Positions 9,225-20,607 of a stretch of 64,000 nt of DNA are shown here, in pieces. The first letter of the stretch is position 1. Each line of letters starts with the position of its first letter. Origin of the DNA: Acidimicrobiales bacterium (GTDB taxonomy: Bacteria > Actinomycetota > Acidimicrobiia > Acidimicrobiales > Acidimicrobilacustridaceae); assembly GCA_041394145.1 (NCBI GenBank), contig JAWKIW010000002.1, positions 379,252-443,251 on the forward strand. The letters run 5' to 3'. The translations under genes were made by a program, and so were the position numbers. The notes under the pieces were generated by a model that saw only the letters and a list, made by a program, of their open reading frames with translations, had not been told where the DNA came from and did not search any database.

Positions 9225-10919
9225 GTGGCTGCGGTGGTCGGCGGGCGAGCAGTACGGGGTCGGTGTCTCGACGACGCCGCCGAAGACGGCCTGTGGGCCG
9301 AGGCCGGATTCACGGCCGCCGAGGCCCGCCGCTGGACCCGGCTGTACCGCGAATGCACCGACGAGCCTTTCCGGCGCCGGGATCCGGTTGCCAGCGTCGT
9401 CGAGGCCGCCGCTGTCACGGTGAGCGGGCTGCTGCCGACGGGGTGGACCGGGGCGGAGGTCCTCGACGTCGCCGAGCGGCACCAGGTCGTGGGAGAGGTC
9501 CTGCCCGCTGTGGTGCAGATGCTGCCAGACCCGTCACCGGCGGGGTTCGCCGCCGTCGAGGCGGCGGCCGACATCACGGGGATGCCGCTGCTCCACCGGC
9601 TGTGGACGGCGGCTCGGCACCCCGGTCGCGTCGACCACGACGAGCTGGTGGAGGCCATGGCGTGGGCGGCGAGGGCGGTGGCGCTGGGCACCACCCAGGT
9701 GTTGGAGCTGTCGGGGCTGCGGCCGGCCACCTGGGCCGGGTTCCTGGCGACGGCGTCGCCGCCCCCGACGCTGCTCGAGCACCGGCTGTGGCACTACGGG
9801 TGGCGGTGCATGAACGAGATGACCGCCCCCTACCCGTTCACCGGTGCCCTCGGCGCACGGGTCGCGTCGGTCGTCGTCGACCGCAGGCCCTACCGCTCCA
9901 ACGATCAGCGGCGGACGTGGATCTCGCCCGCCGCCGGTGAGGTCTGGTCGGTCGCCCGGCAGGCGCACCTCGACCACGGCGCTCACGTACCGGCGACGCT
10001 CGCTCCCGGCTGGTTGTGGAGCCGCTGTGACCCCCTCCTGTTGGCGCGGCGACCGGTGCCCGACGCCACGCAGATCGAGCGGCTGACCCGGGTGCAGCTG
10101 CGCGACGCGCTCGACGACCTCGGGCTGCCGGTCCCCGAGTGGTCCGACGAGCTGCTCACCGCGGCGGTGGCGTGGGGTACCAGGTACGCCGCCGATCTCG
10201 TCGCCGCCCAGGAGCTGACCTGGGATGTCCCCGGATCACCGCACACGTCCTTGCTCGTGGTCGAGCCAGCTGACTTCGACGAAGGTGAGCTGCTCGCCCG
10301 CGGGTTCCGTCCGTTCGTGTCCGGCTCGAGGACCGACGACGTACTCGGTGTGCTGCGTACCGCCGGGGTACAAGCGGCTCGAACGCGAGGTGACGAGCCG
10401 GTGGGGTGGGCACGAGCTGGTCGCGACGGACGCCGGACGTGGCGCTACGTCCTCGACGTAGCCGCAGACATGGTCGTAGCGCCCGACGACGATCTGGTCG
10501 CCCGATGGCGGCGCGTGGTGGGGACCGTCGCCGCCGAACTCGACAGCCGCCGCGAGCAGCCCCTACGGCCCTGGCCGCTCCAAGGGACCTCGAGGCGCTG
10601 TCGGCAGCCACCGCGCCCGTGGCGGGCATCGACACCGGCTCGACCGACCGGCACGGTCGAACCGCTTAAACGTCTCCCAGCGACGACGTGTGGCGTCGCC
10701 GCGGTCAACGTCTCGGTCTCGGTGGCGCCGACATCGACGGTGAACGACCTGCACCTCCGCACCCTGGTGCGTGTCGTACCGATGGAGAGCCCGAACCGCC
10801 TCGGTCACGACGAACTGGTGTTTGGTGCCCAGACCGGACGCCGGTTGGCCTCCGACAGACGAGGCGGCCCAGGCTCGACAAGCCCTCGACGAGGTCTTTA
10901 CCGCCCGTCGACGCCCTAA
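9225..10919 (+). CDS. hypothetical protein (family duplicated downstream); true 3' end probably ~10.7 kb
   Basis: Contains LEHRLWHYGWRC, EWSDELLTAAVAWGTRYAADLVAAQ and GWARAGRDGRRTWRYVLDVAADMVVAP blocks. These recur in shifted frames at 10.85-12.25 kb. Confidence 0.5.
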   Translation: MAAVVGGRAVRGRCLDDAAEDGLWAEAGFTAAEARRWTRLYRECTDEPFRRRDPVASVVEAAAVTVSGLLPTGWTGAEVLDVAERHQVVGEVLPAVVQMLPDPSPAGFAAVEAAADITGMPLLHRLWTAARHPGRVDHDELVEAMAWAARAVALGTTQVLELSGLRPATWAGFLATASPPPTLLEHRLWHYGWRCMNEMTAPYPFTGALGARVASVVVDRRPYRSNDQRRTWISPAAGEVWSVARQAHLDHGAHVPATLAPGWLWSRCDPLLLARRPVPDATQIERLTRVQLRDALDDLGLPVPEWSDELLTAAVAWGTRYAADLVAAQELTWDVPGSPHTSLLVVEPADFDEGELLARGFRPFVSGSRTDDVLGVLRTAGVQAARTRGDEPVGWARAGRDGRRTWRYVLDVAADMVVAPDDDLVARWRRVVGTVAAELDSRREQPLRPWPLQGTSRRCRQPPRPWRASTPARPTGTVEPLKRLPATTCGVAAVNVSVSVAPTSTVNDLHLRTLVRVVPMESPNRLGHDELVFGAQTGRRLASDRRGGPGSTSPRRGLYRPSTP

Positions 10920-12252
10920 CCGGGTCCGGGTGGAGCCAAGCCACGTTGGCCGACGCAGTGGAGCGCACGAACCTGTGGGTGACCGAGCTTCGGTGCCCCT
11001 CGTCAGGCGCTCGGCGGCCTGTCACCCGACCGCGCCACGGTTACCAGAGCCGTCGGGCTCAGCGGTCCGCCGTGGCCGCCGCCTTGGCCAATCTTCGCTG
11101 CGCGCCCGACACCCTGCAGCACCGACGACAAGGTGGCGGCCGCGAGGTGGTGGCCTGCCGCCGACGCTCTCGGCTTGCGCGCCTCGTGCTGGAGCTGGCC
11201 GGTGTGGTCGATCCCACCTGGCAGGCCCATGAGAGCGTCGCACCGCAGCCTCCGACCGCTGTGGATCGGGCACTGTGGCACCACGGCTGGCGATGTGCTG
11301 GCTCACTGGCCGTGGGCACCTCCTACGAGGACATCAGCCAGCATCGCCAGGGGGCTCTTTGTGTTCTCCCTTACCCAGGAATCGCCCGTGGCGACAGGTG
11401 AGCACTCCGGGCCGGTGTGGCTGCACCAGTCGCCGGACAGGTATGGCCCGCGGTAATCGGCGCGCCTCATCGGCCCCGACGGCGGACCGCGTCGACGCAC
11501 CGCCTCCGAGGCTGAGCGTGGCGCTCGTAGACATCGCCCGGGACCCGCCGGCCGGCTGCACCGACCTGGAGCAGGGTGCGGCGGTGAAGCCGTAATCTCG
11601 CTGCTGGTCGCCCTCAGACCTCGGCCTGCCCGTCGACGAGTGGTCCGACGAGATCGTGCGTTTCGCCGCCCGCTACGAAAGCAGGGCCGAAGCCGCCGAC
11701 CTCGTCGCCGTGCAGGTCGACCACCTCGGGCTGGCCGCCGACCTCATCGTCGTCGACATGGCCGCTAGGCGAGGAGATCGACCTCGCGATCCGGGGTACC
11801 GGCCCGTCGTGGCCGGCGCCGACACCGATCCGGTGCTCGCCCTGCTCGACGACCACGGCCACGACACCGCCACCACCCGTCCTGACCACCCTGTCGGCTG
11901 GGCGCGTCCTCGCGACTGGGTCTGGCGCTATGTCCTCGACGTCGCTGGTCAGGCCGTGCCCACCGCCACCGAATCGGTGCCCGACCGCTGGCTGCTCGAC
12001 ATCGCCGCCGCTCACCCGGCCGGCGAGCCGACCACAGCCCACTCCACTGACGTCCTCCGCCAGCTCGACGGGATGCGTGCCGGCGGCCTTCGACTTCGAG
12101 ACCGGTGTTGCGTCCCGGAGCGGAAGGGCGGAGGCAAGGCCTCTCGGCCGCCGGTGTGCGCTCCACCCAGGCCAACACCAGAGGCCCGCGACCTTGCCAG
12201 CAGGGCGACGCTGATGTCCTCTCCAGTCGAGCGAACCCCTGGGATTCGATGA
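10850..12252 (+). pseudogene. frameshifted paralog of the 9225 gene
   Basis: ORF 10688..11401 carries DRALWHHGWRC. ORF 11656..12252 carries EWSDEIVRFAARYESRAEAADLVAVQ...GWARPRDWVWRYVLDVAGQAVP. The pieces share order and spacing with the 9225 protein but lie in different frames. Confidence 0.5.
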
Positions 12253-12558
12253 AAGGCCCCAGACCATGGAACCCGTCGGAACCGAGGACCGGGTCGCCGG
12301 AGGAGAAGCCCTCCTGGAAGCCGACGGCGGGCCGGCGAGTCGGAGAAGGATCGAACCCCCACACCGGTCGAGACGATGTCGTCGAACGTCATCGGCGCAC
12401 TGTCCCTTAACGCAGCCGCCAACGTCGCCCGCAGGGTGGGTGTGCTCACCTGCATTCCCGGCCCCACTTGAGCAGGTTTGTGCTCGTCTGATTTGGCCCC
12501 ACCCTGACGGTGTCGGGGTCCACCTGGGAGCGGCCGGCTGCTGTGAACCGTGGGGTTC

Positions 12559-14091
12559 ATGGCGAAGAGGTCGAAGGTGGAGTTGTACAGGCAGATCCGC
12601 AAGACCCGCGAGCGTGAGCAGCTCGGGATCCGGGCGTTGGCGCGCCGGTTCGGGGTTCATCGCCGCGCGATGTGCGCCAGGCGTTGGCGTCGGCGGTGCC
12701 GCCGCCGCGCAAGCCGTGCAGCGGGCGTCGCCGGTGCTGGATCGGTGGAAGCCGATCATCGATGGCTGGTTGGAGGCCGACCGGGCGGTGCCGAAGAAGC
12801 AGCGGCACACGGCCCGGCGGGTGTGGCAGCGGCTGGTCGCCGAGCACGGCGCCGAGATCGGCGAGTCGACCGGTGCGCCGCTTACGTGGCGGCGTGGAAG
12901 CCGGCAGCAAGGCGCTGGTGGAGGTGGCGGTGCCCCAGACCCATCCGCTGGGCGCGGAGGCCGAGGTGGACTTCGGGGCGGTCAGCTTCTATCTCGACGG
13001 GGTGCTGTGTGAGGGCCACATGTTCGTGATGCGCTTGTCGGCGTCGGCCAAGGGGTTCCATCAGGTGTATCCGAACGAGGCCCAGCAGGCGTTCCTCGAT
13101 GGCCATGTCCGGGCCTTCGCCCATTTCAGTGGGGTGCCGGGCCGGGTGCGCTATGACAACTTGAAGCCGGCGGTGGAGCGGGTGCTGCGGGGCCGGGACC
13201 GCGCCGAGTCCGAACGGTTCAGTGGCGCTCGCATTCGCCACTACAGGTTCCGACTCGATTGTTCTTCTGTCAGCCCGGCCCCGACGGCGCCCGCCCAGAA
13301 GGTGGCGTGGAAGGAGAGGTGGGCCGGTTCCGTCGCCGTCACCTGGTCCCGATGCCCAACGTCGCCTCGTTCGCCGAGCTCAACGACCTGATCGCGGCCG
13401 CCGACGCCGCCGATGACGCCCGCTGGGTGGCGGGTCGACGCCTCAGCGTCGGTGACCACTTCGCCCTGGAGGCCCCACGCTGGGGTGCCTGCCCGACGAG
13501 GCGTTCGACCCGGCGTTGATGCTGCGGCCCCGGGTGGACACGAAGTCCCGGGTGTGTGTGCGTCAGTGCTTCTACTCAGTGCCGGTGCGCTACGTCCGGG
13601 CGACGCATCGATGTGCGTCTGGGCGCCGACACGATCGAGGCGCTCGACGGGCCCCGGGTGGTGGCCACCCACCCCGGTTGTTGGCCAAAGGCACCGAGAG
13701 CTTGGTGCTGGACCACTACCTGGAGGTGCTACGGCTCAAGCCCGGGGCGCTGCCAGGCGCCACCGCGCTGGCTCGAGCCCGGGCGTCGGGCGCGTTCAGC
13801 GCCGACCACGAAGACGTATTGGTCCGCGGCCCGCCGACGCCTCAACGGCGCCGGCGCACCCAGGCCCTGATCGAGGTCCTGCTGGCCGCAGGCCCTGCCC
13901 GCCGACGCCGTGCGCGCCGGGATCCGAGCGGCGCTACGGATCCCGGTTCAGTCGACCCCGCCATCGTCGTCGTCGGTGCCCGACGAGCCCTCGAGGACCA
14001 CGACGCACGGTCGTGGCGATCGGTAATCGCCCGCTACGACCGCCCACCGCCGACGATCGCCCACTACGACCAGCTCCTGGAGGCCCGATGA
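12559..14091 (+). pseudogene. istA: IS21 transposase IstA (HTH + DDE), multiple frameshifts
   Basis: MAKRSKVELYRQIRKTREREQLGIRALARRFGVHRR is the N-terminal HTH. GHMFVMRLSASAKGFHQVYPNEAQQAFLDGHVRAFAHFSGVPGRVRYDNLKPAV is the catalytic core. C-terminal pieces (VCVRQCFYSVPVRY..., HYLEVLRLKPGALPGATAL) lie in other frames. Confidence 0.7.
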
Positions 14092-14862
14092 ACACCGACA
14101 CCGCCGCCGGTGCCACCGTCGACGCCGCAGCCCGCGAGCTGCGCCTACCGGCGGTGCGCGACCACACGCCACGACAGCCGCCGAAGCCAAACGGGCCCGC
14201 TCCACCCACCTGGGGTTCCTCGCCGACGTGCTCACCGTCGAGGTCGACGACCGAGCCGAACGACGACAGGCCCGGCGCATCCACGAGGCGCACTTCCCGC
14301 GCCTCAAACGCCTCGCCGACTTCCGACCTCGACGCCGCCCCCACCGTGGCCCCCACCGACCTCCCCGCCACCCTCGCCGCCGGCACCTTCCTCGACGTCG
14401 GCGAACCCGTCGTGTTGCTCGGCGACTCCGGCACCGGCAAGACCCACCTGCTCATCGGCACCGGCCTCGCCGCCTGCGAAGCCGGACGACGAGTCCACCG
14501 CCACCTGCGCACAACTCGTCAACGAACTCGTCGAAGCCGCCGACGAACGCCGCCTCGCCCGCCTCGTCGCCCGCTACGGCGCCGCCTCGACCTGCTGTGC
14601 GTCGACGAGCTCGGCTACGTCCAACTCGACAGCCGCGGCGCCGAGCTGTTGTTCCAAGTGCTCACCGAACGAGACGAACGAGCATCCGTGGCCGTCGCGT
14701 CCAACCTCCCCGTTCAGCGAATGGGGCCAGATCATCACCGACGCCCGCCTCGTCGCCGCCGTCATCGACCGGCTCACCTTCAACGCCCACATCATCGAAA
14801 CCGGCACCCGCTCTACCGTCTGCGCGCCAGCAGCCGCACCCGTCACCAACAAGACCGCCTGA
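14088..14862 (+). pseudogene. istB: IS21 helper ATPase IstB, frameshifted
   Basis: Starts MNTDTAAGATVDAAARELRLPAVRDH. Walker A VLLGDSGTGKTHLLIG. LDLLCVDELGYVQLD and DRLTFNAHIIETG lie in shifted frames. Confidence 0.65.
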
Positions 14863-15320
14863 ACGCCCCGAACATCCGCACCCGTCACCCACCCGACCCG
14901 ACCCGAGAGGCTCTACGGGCCACACAGCAGCCAGTTCCTCGGCTCGACGCCGACCGAAGGGGTGGGGCCAAATCAGACGAGCACGGTGGGGCCAATCCAG
15001 GTTGACATTCCCGGCAGAGCGCCGAAGGGGCCGATAGGCCCGGCTTCATAACCATCGGGGACACCGTCGAGGGTCGGAAATCGACACGGCGGCTCCGGCT
15101 GCCGATACTGCCTCTCGGTGGGGCGGCTCGTCGGCCCGGGAGGCTGTCATGGATGCCGGTACCGCCATGTCCCTGCGCTCGCGCTCAGTGAGCCTTTGCA
15201 CTGCTGATGATCCAGCGGAGGTAGCTGCCGCCGGGTTCCTGGCCCGCTACGGGACGGACCCTCAGTCGTATCATTCATGACCTGCGGGTCTTCCAGTGGG
15301 CGGCTGACGCTCGCATCGAC

Positions 15321-16124
15321 GTGCTCGCGGCCACTCGAGCCCACATCGGCTGTACCGCACCCACCTCGAAGCGCCGCGGCCTGGCCGGCACCACCATCGG
15401 CCGGCGTCTCTCGACAGTGTGTGGCTTCTACCGGTTCGCCCACATCGACGGCTACATCAATGCCAACCCCGCCCAGTACGTCCGCCGGGTACAGCGTCGA
15501 ACCCCGAGGGTCGAGGCTGGACCTGTCGAGCTGGCCCAGCTGCTGTTCGAAGCCGAACGCACCGACCACCACCACGCGGCCCTGGCCCTGTTGTTGGGAC
15601 TCAACGGGCTTCGCGTCAGCGAAGCCTGCGGCGCCGACCTCGCCGACCTCGGCGCTGACCACGGTCACCGCACCTGCGCATCATCGGCAAGGGCAACAAG
15701 CCCGCCGTTGTCCCGCTCGTACCTCGCACCGCCCGCACCATCGATCTGGCGCGAGGCGAACGCACCGACGGGCCGCTGCTCCTACGGAGCGACGGCGACC
15801 GCCTCGACCGTCGCACCGCCTACCGCTGGATCCGCTCCATGGCCCGCCGCGCCGGGCTCCGGCTCGGTCCATCCCCACATGCTGCGCCGCCGCGTTCATC
15901 ATGGCCGCCCTCGACAGCGGCGTCCCGCTAACGACGTTGCAGATCGCCGCCCGCCGCCGATCCACGCACCACCACCGTACGACCGGCGCCGCGCCAACTT
16001 CGACCATCACGCCGCCTACGTCGTCGCGGCCTTCGTCACGGCGGATAGCACCGCTCTCGACGGTGTCCCACTCGTTATGAGCCGGGCCTATCGGCCCATC
16101 CGAACTAGCAGTGTCAGAACGTAG
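15321..16124 (+). pseudogene. tyrosine recombinase remnant (frameshifted, N-terminally truncated)
   Basis: CGFYRFAHIDGYINANPAQYV...LLLGLNGLRVSEACGADLADL, then in another frame HRTLRIIGKGNKPAVVPLVPRTARTIDLARGERTDGPLLLRSDGDRLDRRTAYRWIRSMARRAG. Confidence 0.65.
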
Positions 16125-16485
16125 CCGTTGTTCGGCCCGCCAGCAGAAGACACTGGCGACTTCGGGTCCACGTTAGCGCTCCCGTCATGGGCAACAGACG
16201 TTGGTCAATTTGTGCTGCAGCCAGGTACTGCTCAACGCACCCAGATGTATAGACAAGCAGGGGGATGGTGTCGTATGGTGCCGTCTTAGTGGTTAGCGAC
16301 GGGATGCACGGTGCGGTGGCACCGTAGGTCGGGACGGCGACGTCGATCCGGGATGGGGTGCGCATGGCGCCGCAGGCTGGCCTGGGGAAGGTTACTGACA
16401 AGGTCCCTGCGCTTGCCGGCCGACCCCGGCGACCGCGAGACGCCGTCTCGGTGACCTGCTTAGCCACGCGGAAACGCAGCTGCTC

Positions 16486-17163
16486 GTGTGGGCGCTCCAG
16501 CTCGGTGCGGGCCTCGACCGATCCCGCGGTGGGCCCGTCCGCCTCGTCGGCGACGTTGCGTACTGGCTGAGCGGCGCACCCGGTCCCGTCGCGGCCCGGA
16601 CCGCCGCTCGGGCGGTACGAGACGCCCTCGGCGTCGCTGCGAGCGATCACCGAAGCCGACGTCGGCCTGATCTACCAGGCGTCGCTGCGGCCGCACACGG
16701 CGCACCGCTGGCGCTTCCGGGGGATCACCCCGTCGCCGGAGGCTTCGGCCGGGCGCTGTTCAGCGACAACGTGCTCGCCCACCTTATGGTGACGTCGCGG
16801 ACGAGCCCGAGGCCGGTCAGCTGCGTGTGCGCCTACTCGGCGGACCTCGCATCGCGGTTCGCCTCGATGGCGGTCCTGCGCGTAGACGGGTCCGACGGCG
16901 ACGGGCTCATGATCGAAGGTGTTGCGGCCTTCGCGTCGTACCTGTTCGATCACTTCGACCTGCGCAAGATCTACTTCGAGGTCCCCGCTTACAACGCCGA
17001 GCTGTTCTCGGTGCGCGGCACCGGCCTGCTGCGGGAGGAGGGGCGCTTCGTCGACCATTTCTACTACGGCGGCCGGTTCTGGGACCTCCACACGTTCGCC
17101 ATGCACCGCAGTGACTGGGAGGCCGCGGTCGGCGGCTTCTTCGGACCCCGGGAGGGAACATGA
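16486..17163 (+). CDS. GNAT-family N-acetyltransferase (RimL-like C-terminal half clear; N-terminus uncertain/possibly degraded)
   Basis: GLMIEGVAAFASYLFDHFDLRKIYFEVPAYNAELFSVRGTGLLREEGRFVDHFYYGGRFWDLHTFAM. Confidence 0.5.
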   Translation: MWALQLGAGLDRSRGGPVRLVGDVAYWLSGAPGPVAARTAARAVRDALGVAASDHRSRRRPDLPGVAAAAHGAPLALPGDHPVAGGFGRALFSDNVLAHLMVTSRTSPRPVSCVCAYSADLASRFASMAVLRVDGSDGDGLMIEGVAAFASYLFDHFDLRKIYFEVPAYNAELFSVRGTGLLREEGRFVDHFYYGGRFWDLHTFAMHRSDWEAAVGGFFGPREGT

Positions 17164-17640
17164 CAAGGACACCGCTGCGACCCCTGGGGGCGCGCACGGG
17201 AGCTGCAGGGATCGCAGCAACCGCCGCCCTCGTGGCCGGCGTCGCCACCGAGGCCGGCGCGGCCCCGACGCGTGAACCCGGCGATCGCTGAGACCTCGAT
17301 CTGCGGCCCGGACTCGACCTACGTCCTCGACCTGTACGAGAGCACCGACTTCTCCGGTGACACGCCGTCGTTCCCACCAGCCCGACCTCCGCACCGACAC
17401 CTGGTACAACCTCGTCTACATCTCCATGATCCGCCACCCCTGGAGCTGGAACGACCAGGTCTCCTCGTGGTGGAACAGCTGCAACGCCCCGGCCACCTGC
17501 TCGACCGACTACGGCGGCGGGCGGCTCGAAGCTACTGATGCAGGGCGAGCGCTGCGGCACGAACCCGCACTACTACGACGTGTACATCGGCGACGCGGAA
17601 CGACCTTGCCGTCGGCGTCGACCAGCGTGGCCGCCCGAAG
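17161..17640 (+). pseudogene. secreted beta-gamma-crystallin (Greek-key)-like protein, >=2 frameshifts
   Basis: Signal-like MTRTPLRPLGARTGAAGIAATAALVAGVATEAGAAP. Then ICGPDSTYVLDLYESTDFSGDTPSF / PDLRTDTWYNLVYISMIRHPWSWNDQVSSWWNSCNAPATC / CGTNPHYYDVYIGDAERPC split across three frames (Y..DFSG...PDL...W.D..SS motif). Confidence 0.35.
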
Positions 17641-19296
17641 TCCCCGTGCTGGACGACCGGACGTGGACCCACTGCACGACTGAGGTCGGTGAGCCCGCGT
17701 CCGCGGTGTGGGTCAACCGTCGTCCTGTCCGACCGCCGGTGATCGCCGCTGCCATGGAGGCCGATCACCCGCCGGCCGTGTCGCCGCCGGTCGGGGTGCC
17801 GCCCCGTGCCCCGCCGGCGTTGCCGATGGCGGCCACCTCGTCGCTCCACGAGCGCTACGGCGAACGCCAGTCGCCGATGGCGTTCGTGGGCGACGCTCCG
17901 ATGGGCCTCGCCGCGAGGTCCGGACCACGGCGACCGTCGACGTGTCGGGTCGGTGGCCACTGACGGTGGCCGTGTACGGTGTCCACCGGTGGTGACGACG
18001 GGTGGCCGCCGACCTGGGTCGGCCCCGGCGACGCACCGTGGTTGCCCGGTCACGACGTACCCGTCGACTCCGCCGTCAGGAGCGGGCGGCCTCGGGCCTG
18101 CCGGTCCGCCTCACCGCGATCTCCGACAGCTTGCTGTCGATGTCGACCACGGCCGGGTCGACCTCGTCGGCCACCGACCTGCCAGTCGAATGCGTCGACG
18201 AACCCGGCCGAGGAGGTGGACGGGGTCGCGCAGGTGTCCGGGCTGGGACCGGAGCCAGGGGATGCCCAGCGCCGCACCGCACGGTCCGCCCTCGGCGGTG
18301 TGGTCGGCACCGTCGTTGACCCGGCAGCAGGCCGGGTGGTGGGCGCCGAGGTCGACGGTGGCGCGGTGGTCGAGGGTGGTGCCGATCGACTGGGCGATGT
18401 CGGTGGCGGGCAGGCTCGACGGACGATGCCCGGCTGCTCACGGCCAACAGGGTCGCCACCACCGCTGGTCGACCACGACCACCGCGGCGCGCGACCTACG
18501 GGCAACTGGCTGTGGCCGGTGTACGTCGGCGGCACCGGGGCCACGGGGGCATCGGGCACCCCAGCGACGTCCCAACCGCGTGACGGCCTGCCGTCGGGTC
18601 CCGGCGGCGGCGATCGGACAGCGGGCTCGTCGACGTACGGCTGGGCTCGCTGGAGTGCGGCTGCGACGGCCACCAGGTCAGCCGTGCGCCGACGCTCGGC
18701 GCGTGGCGGAGGCGATCGGTCGGCGCCGAACGGGGGCCAGGACAGGGGTGTCGGTGGGCATGGCGATCCTCACGGTCGAGCGCCGCGAACGGTGCCGTCA
18801 GTGGACGCCGATGACGAGTGGGATCACGCCTGGCAGACCAAGGCAGGGCAAGACCCGTATCCGAAAAGTACCGAGGCTGGCGTGCGAGCACCGCGCACCT
18901 TCGGGCCGGGCTGGTCCGTGACAGCTCTCGACCGGCGTCGTTGGACCATGCGCTCCGAGACGTGCCCTGTGCCTGGGACGGTGCGAACTGTCGCCAGCCG
19001 CCAGCTCGACGGCTATGAGGCTATCGCCGCGGTCGACGTGGTCGGCGACCAAGTGGCCGAGACGGTTACCGCACCGCCGGATCCGGCCCCAGAGCGGGCC
19101 AGACCACCGAAGGCGGCTCACACTGCTGAGCGCAATGGTGGTGAGCTCGAACCGGGAACCGGCGTGCCCTGTCGACACTGCCCAAATCACCGGATCAGCC
19201 CGCCGGTCCTCGGCGTCCCTGATCGCCAGATCCGTGGGGACGGGCGAAGCAAGGCGGTCTTCGGCGTGACGGCTCGTGGATCTTCGTCACTTGTGG

Positions 19297-19640
19297 CTAC
19301 TCGATCTGGTCCTCAGCGGGGAGTGCCGAAGTTGAGGCGGTGTCCATCGATCGTCTCGATGCCGAAGTCGCGCATGCCGTATGGCTGCCTCGCAGGGCGC
19401 AGAACGTCGGAGTCGCGCCGCTGGCCACGAACGTCGCGAACAGCTCGTCGATGTCACCAGCCACGTAGAAGTACGTGCCGTAGTGCATCGGGTCACGCTC
19501 GCCCCGCGACGTCCCGGCCCTGAAGGTGCACACCGGCCTCGTCGCGGTCGAGGATGGCGTAGGTGGCTGGGCCGCCGGGCTCCGCCGTGAAGATCCCGCG
19601 GTCGGGGTCGAGGTTGAACCGCGAGGGTGTCCCGCCACCA
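19297..19640 (-). pseudogene. VOC/glyoxalase-family protein remnant (C-terminal half, 2 frameshifts)
   Basis: Reverse-strand translation gives IFTAEPGGPATYAILDRDEAGVHLQ / DPMHYGTYFYVAGDIDELFATFVASGATP / PYGMRDFGIETIDGHRLNFGTPR-stop, split across three frames. Confidence 0.5.
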
Positions 19641-20607
19641 GGCCGCGCTTCGCAGCCACATCCGGCAACCGAGTACCGGCACCACCCGCGACGACATCGC
19701 CGAAGCCTACCGATCAGGGTCTGCCGCGGCAGCCGTCGACGCTGCCAGGGCCCGAGGGCGTCCCAGACCATCCGGCATGACCCTACCCCGCGAAAGTGGG
19801 CAGATCGTCGGCAGGGCTCACCCGGATGGAGTGTCCGCGCTTGCTGCCTGGCGGCAGATCGGGCCCGGCTCTGGCGCCAGCTGGCGGTGCGTTCCGATCG
19901 CGCGCGCCACGCCAGGCACCGGATGCCAACATGTCCGCGGAACAAACCTGACCGTCCGGTCGGAGCACCAGAGCGGACCGTCGCGGCGGCTGGGGATGTC
20001 GGCCACCAGGATCGTCCTTCCGATCATCTGGTGGACCGCAAGCGTCATCGTGTGGACCAGTCGGATCAGTCGTGCACCGCAGAGATGGGTACACGCCCTC
20101 GGAGGCACGGAGCTTTCCTGACCACCCCACCGGACCCTTCCTCTACCGACGTGGCGTCCCGTCGACGAAGCTCGGCCCGGCATGGTTGATCGCCTTCGAC
20201 GAGTCAGACCTTCGTGATCATCCCACGCGGCCTGCTGACAACGGCCAGGCATTTCTACCGCAGCGAAGAACGGCTGGTCGTGCGAGTCGATCGCGCCCGA
20301 CCGTCGATCTGGCGGTCGCGGGCAAGTGGCCCAGATCACCAAGGGCCCACTCGGAAGACATCGACGCGCGGTTGGCGGCAACCGGCTGGACCGACGAACC
20401 GCTAGCGAGCACTCCCACCACCCCCATGCTTCACCTCGTCCCCTGGCCGCTCCCCATCCAGACCTGACCACGTCCACCGAGCCGACCCAGACCACTGGAC
20501 CCGATCAGCAGATCTGCCCGCACCACCGAGGTATCCAGATCGCCTAATACACGGATGATCCATCTGGCATCCCGTGTGATCTCACCGGCGGCGGGGAGCA
20601 TGCGGGG

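Larger units (their letters stand above)
12441..15007 (+). mobile_element. IS21-family insertion sequence (2.57 kb), istA/istB frameshifted
   Basis: Left end TGTGCTCACCTGCATTCCCGGCCCCAC plus inner repeat TGTGCTCGTCTGATTTGGCCCCACCC (12479-12504). Right end ...GGGTGGGGCCAAATCAGACGAGCACGGTGGGGCCAATCCAGGTTGACA. TG...CA termini with multiple terminal repeats are typical of IS21. No clean target-site duplication seen. Confidence 0.75.

Noticed and set aside
12433-15015. Target-site duplication for the IS21 element (CATTCCCGG on both sides)
   Set aside because: The left copy lies inside the outermost terminal repeat rather than outside it. Flanks immediately outside the TG...CA ends do not match.
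17979-19523. 514-aa ORF in the decay zone
   Set aside because: Translation is Arg/Gly/Pro low-complexity with no recognisable motif. Overlaps equally long ORFs in other frames.
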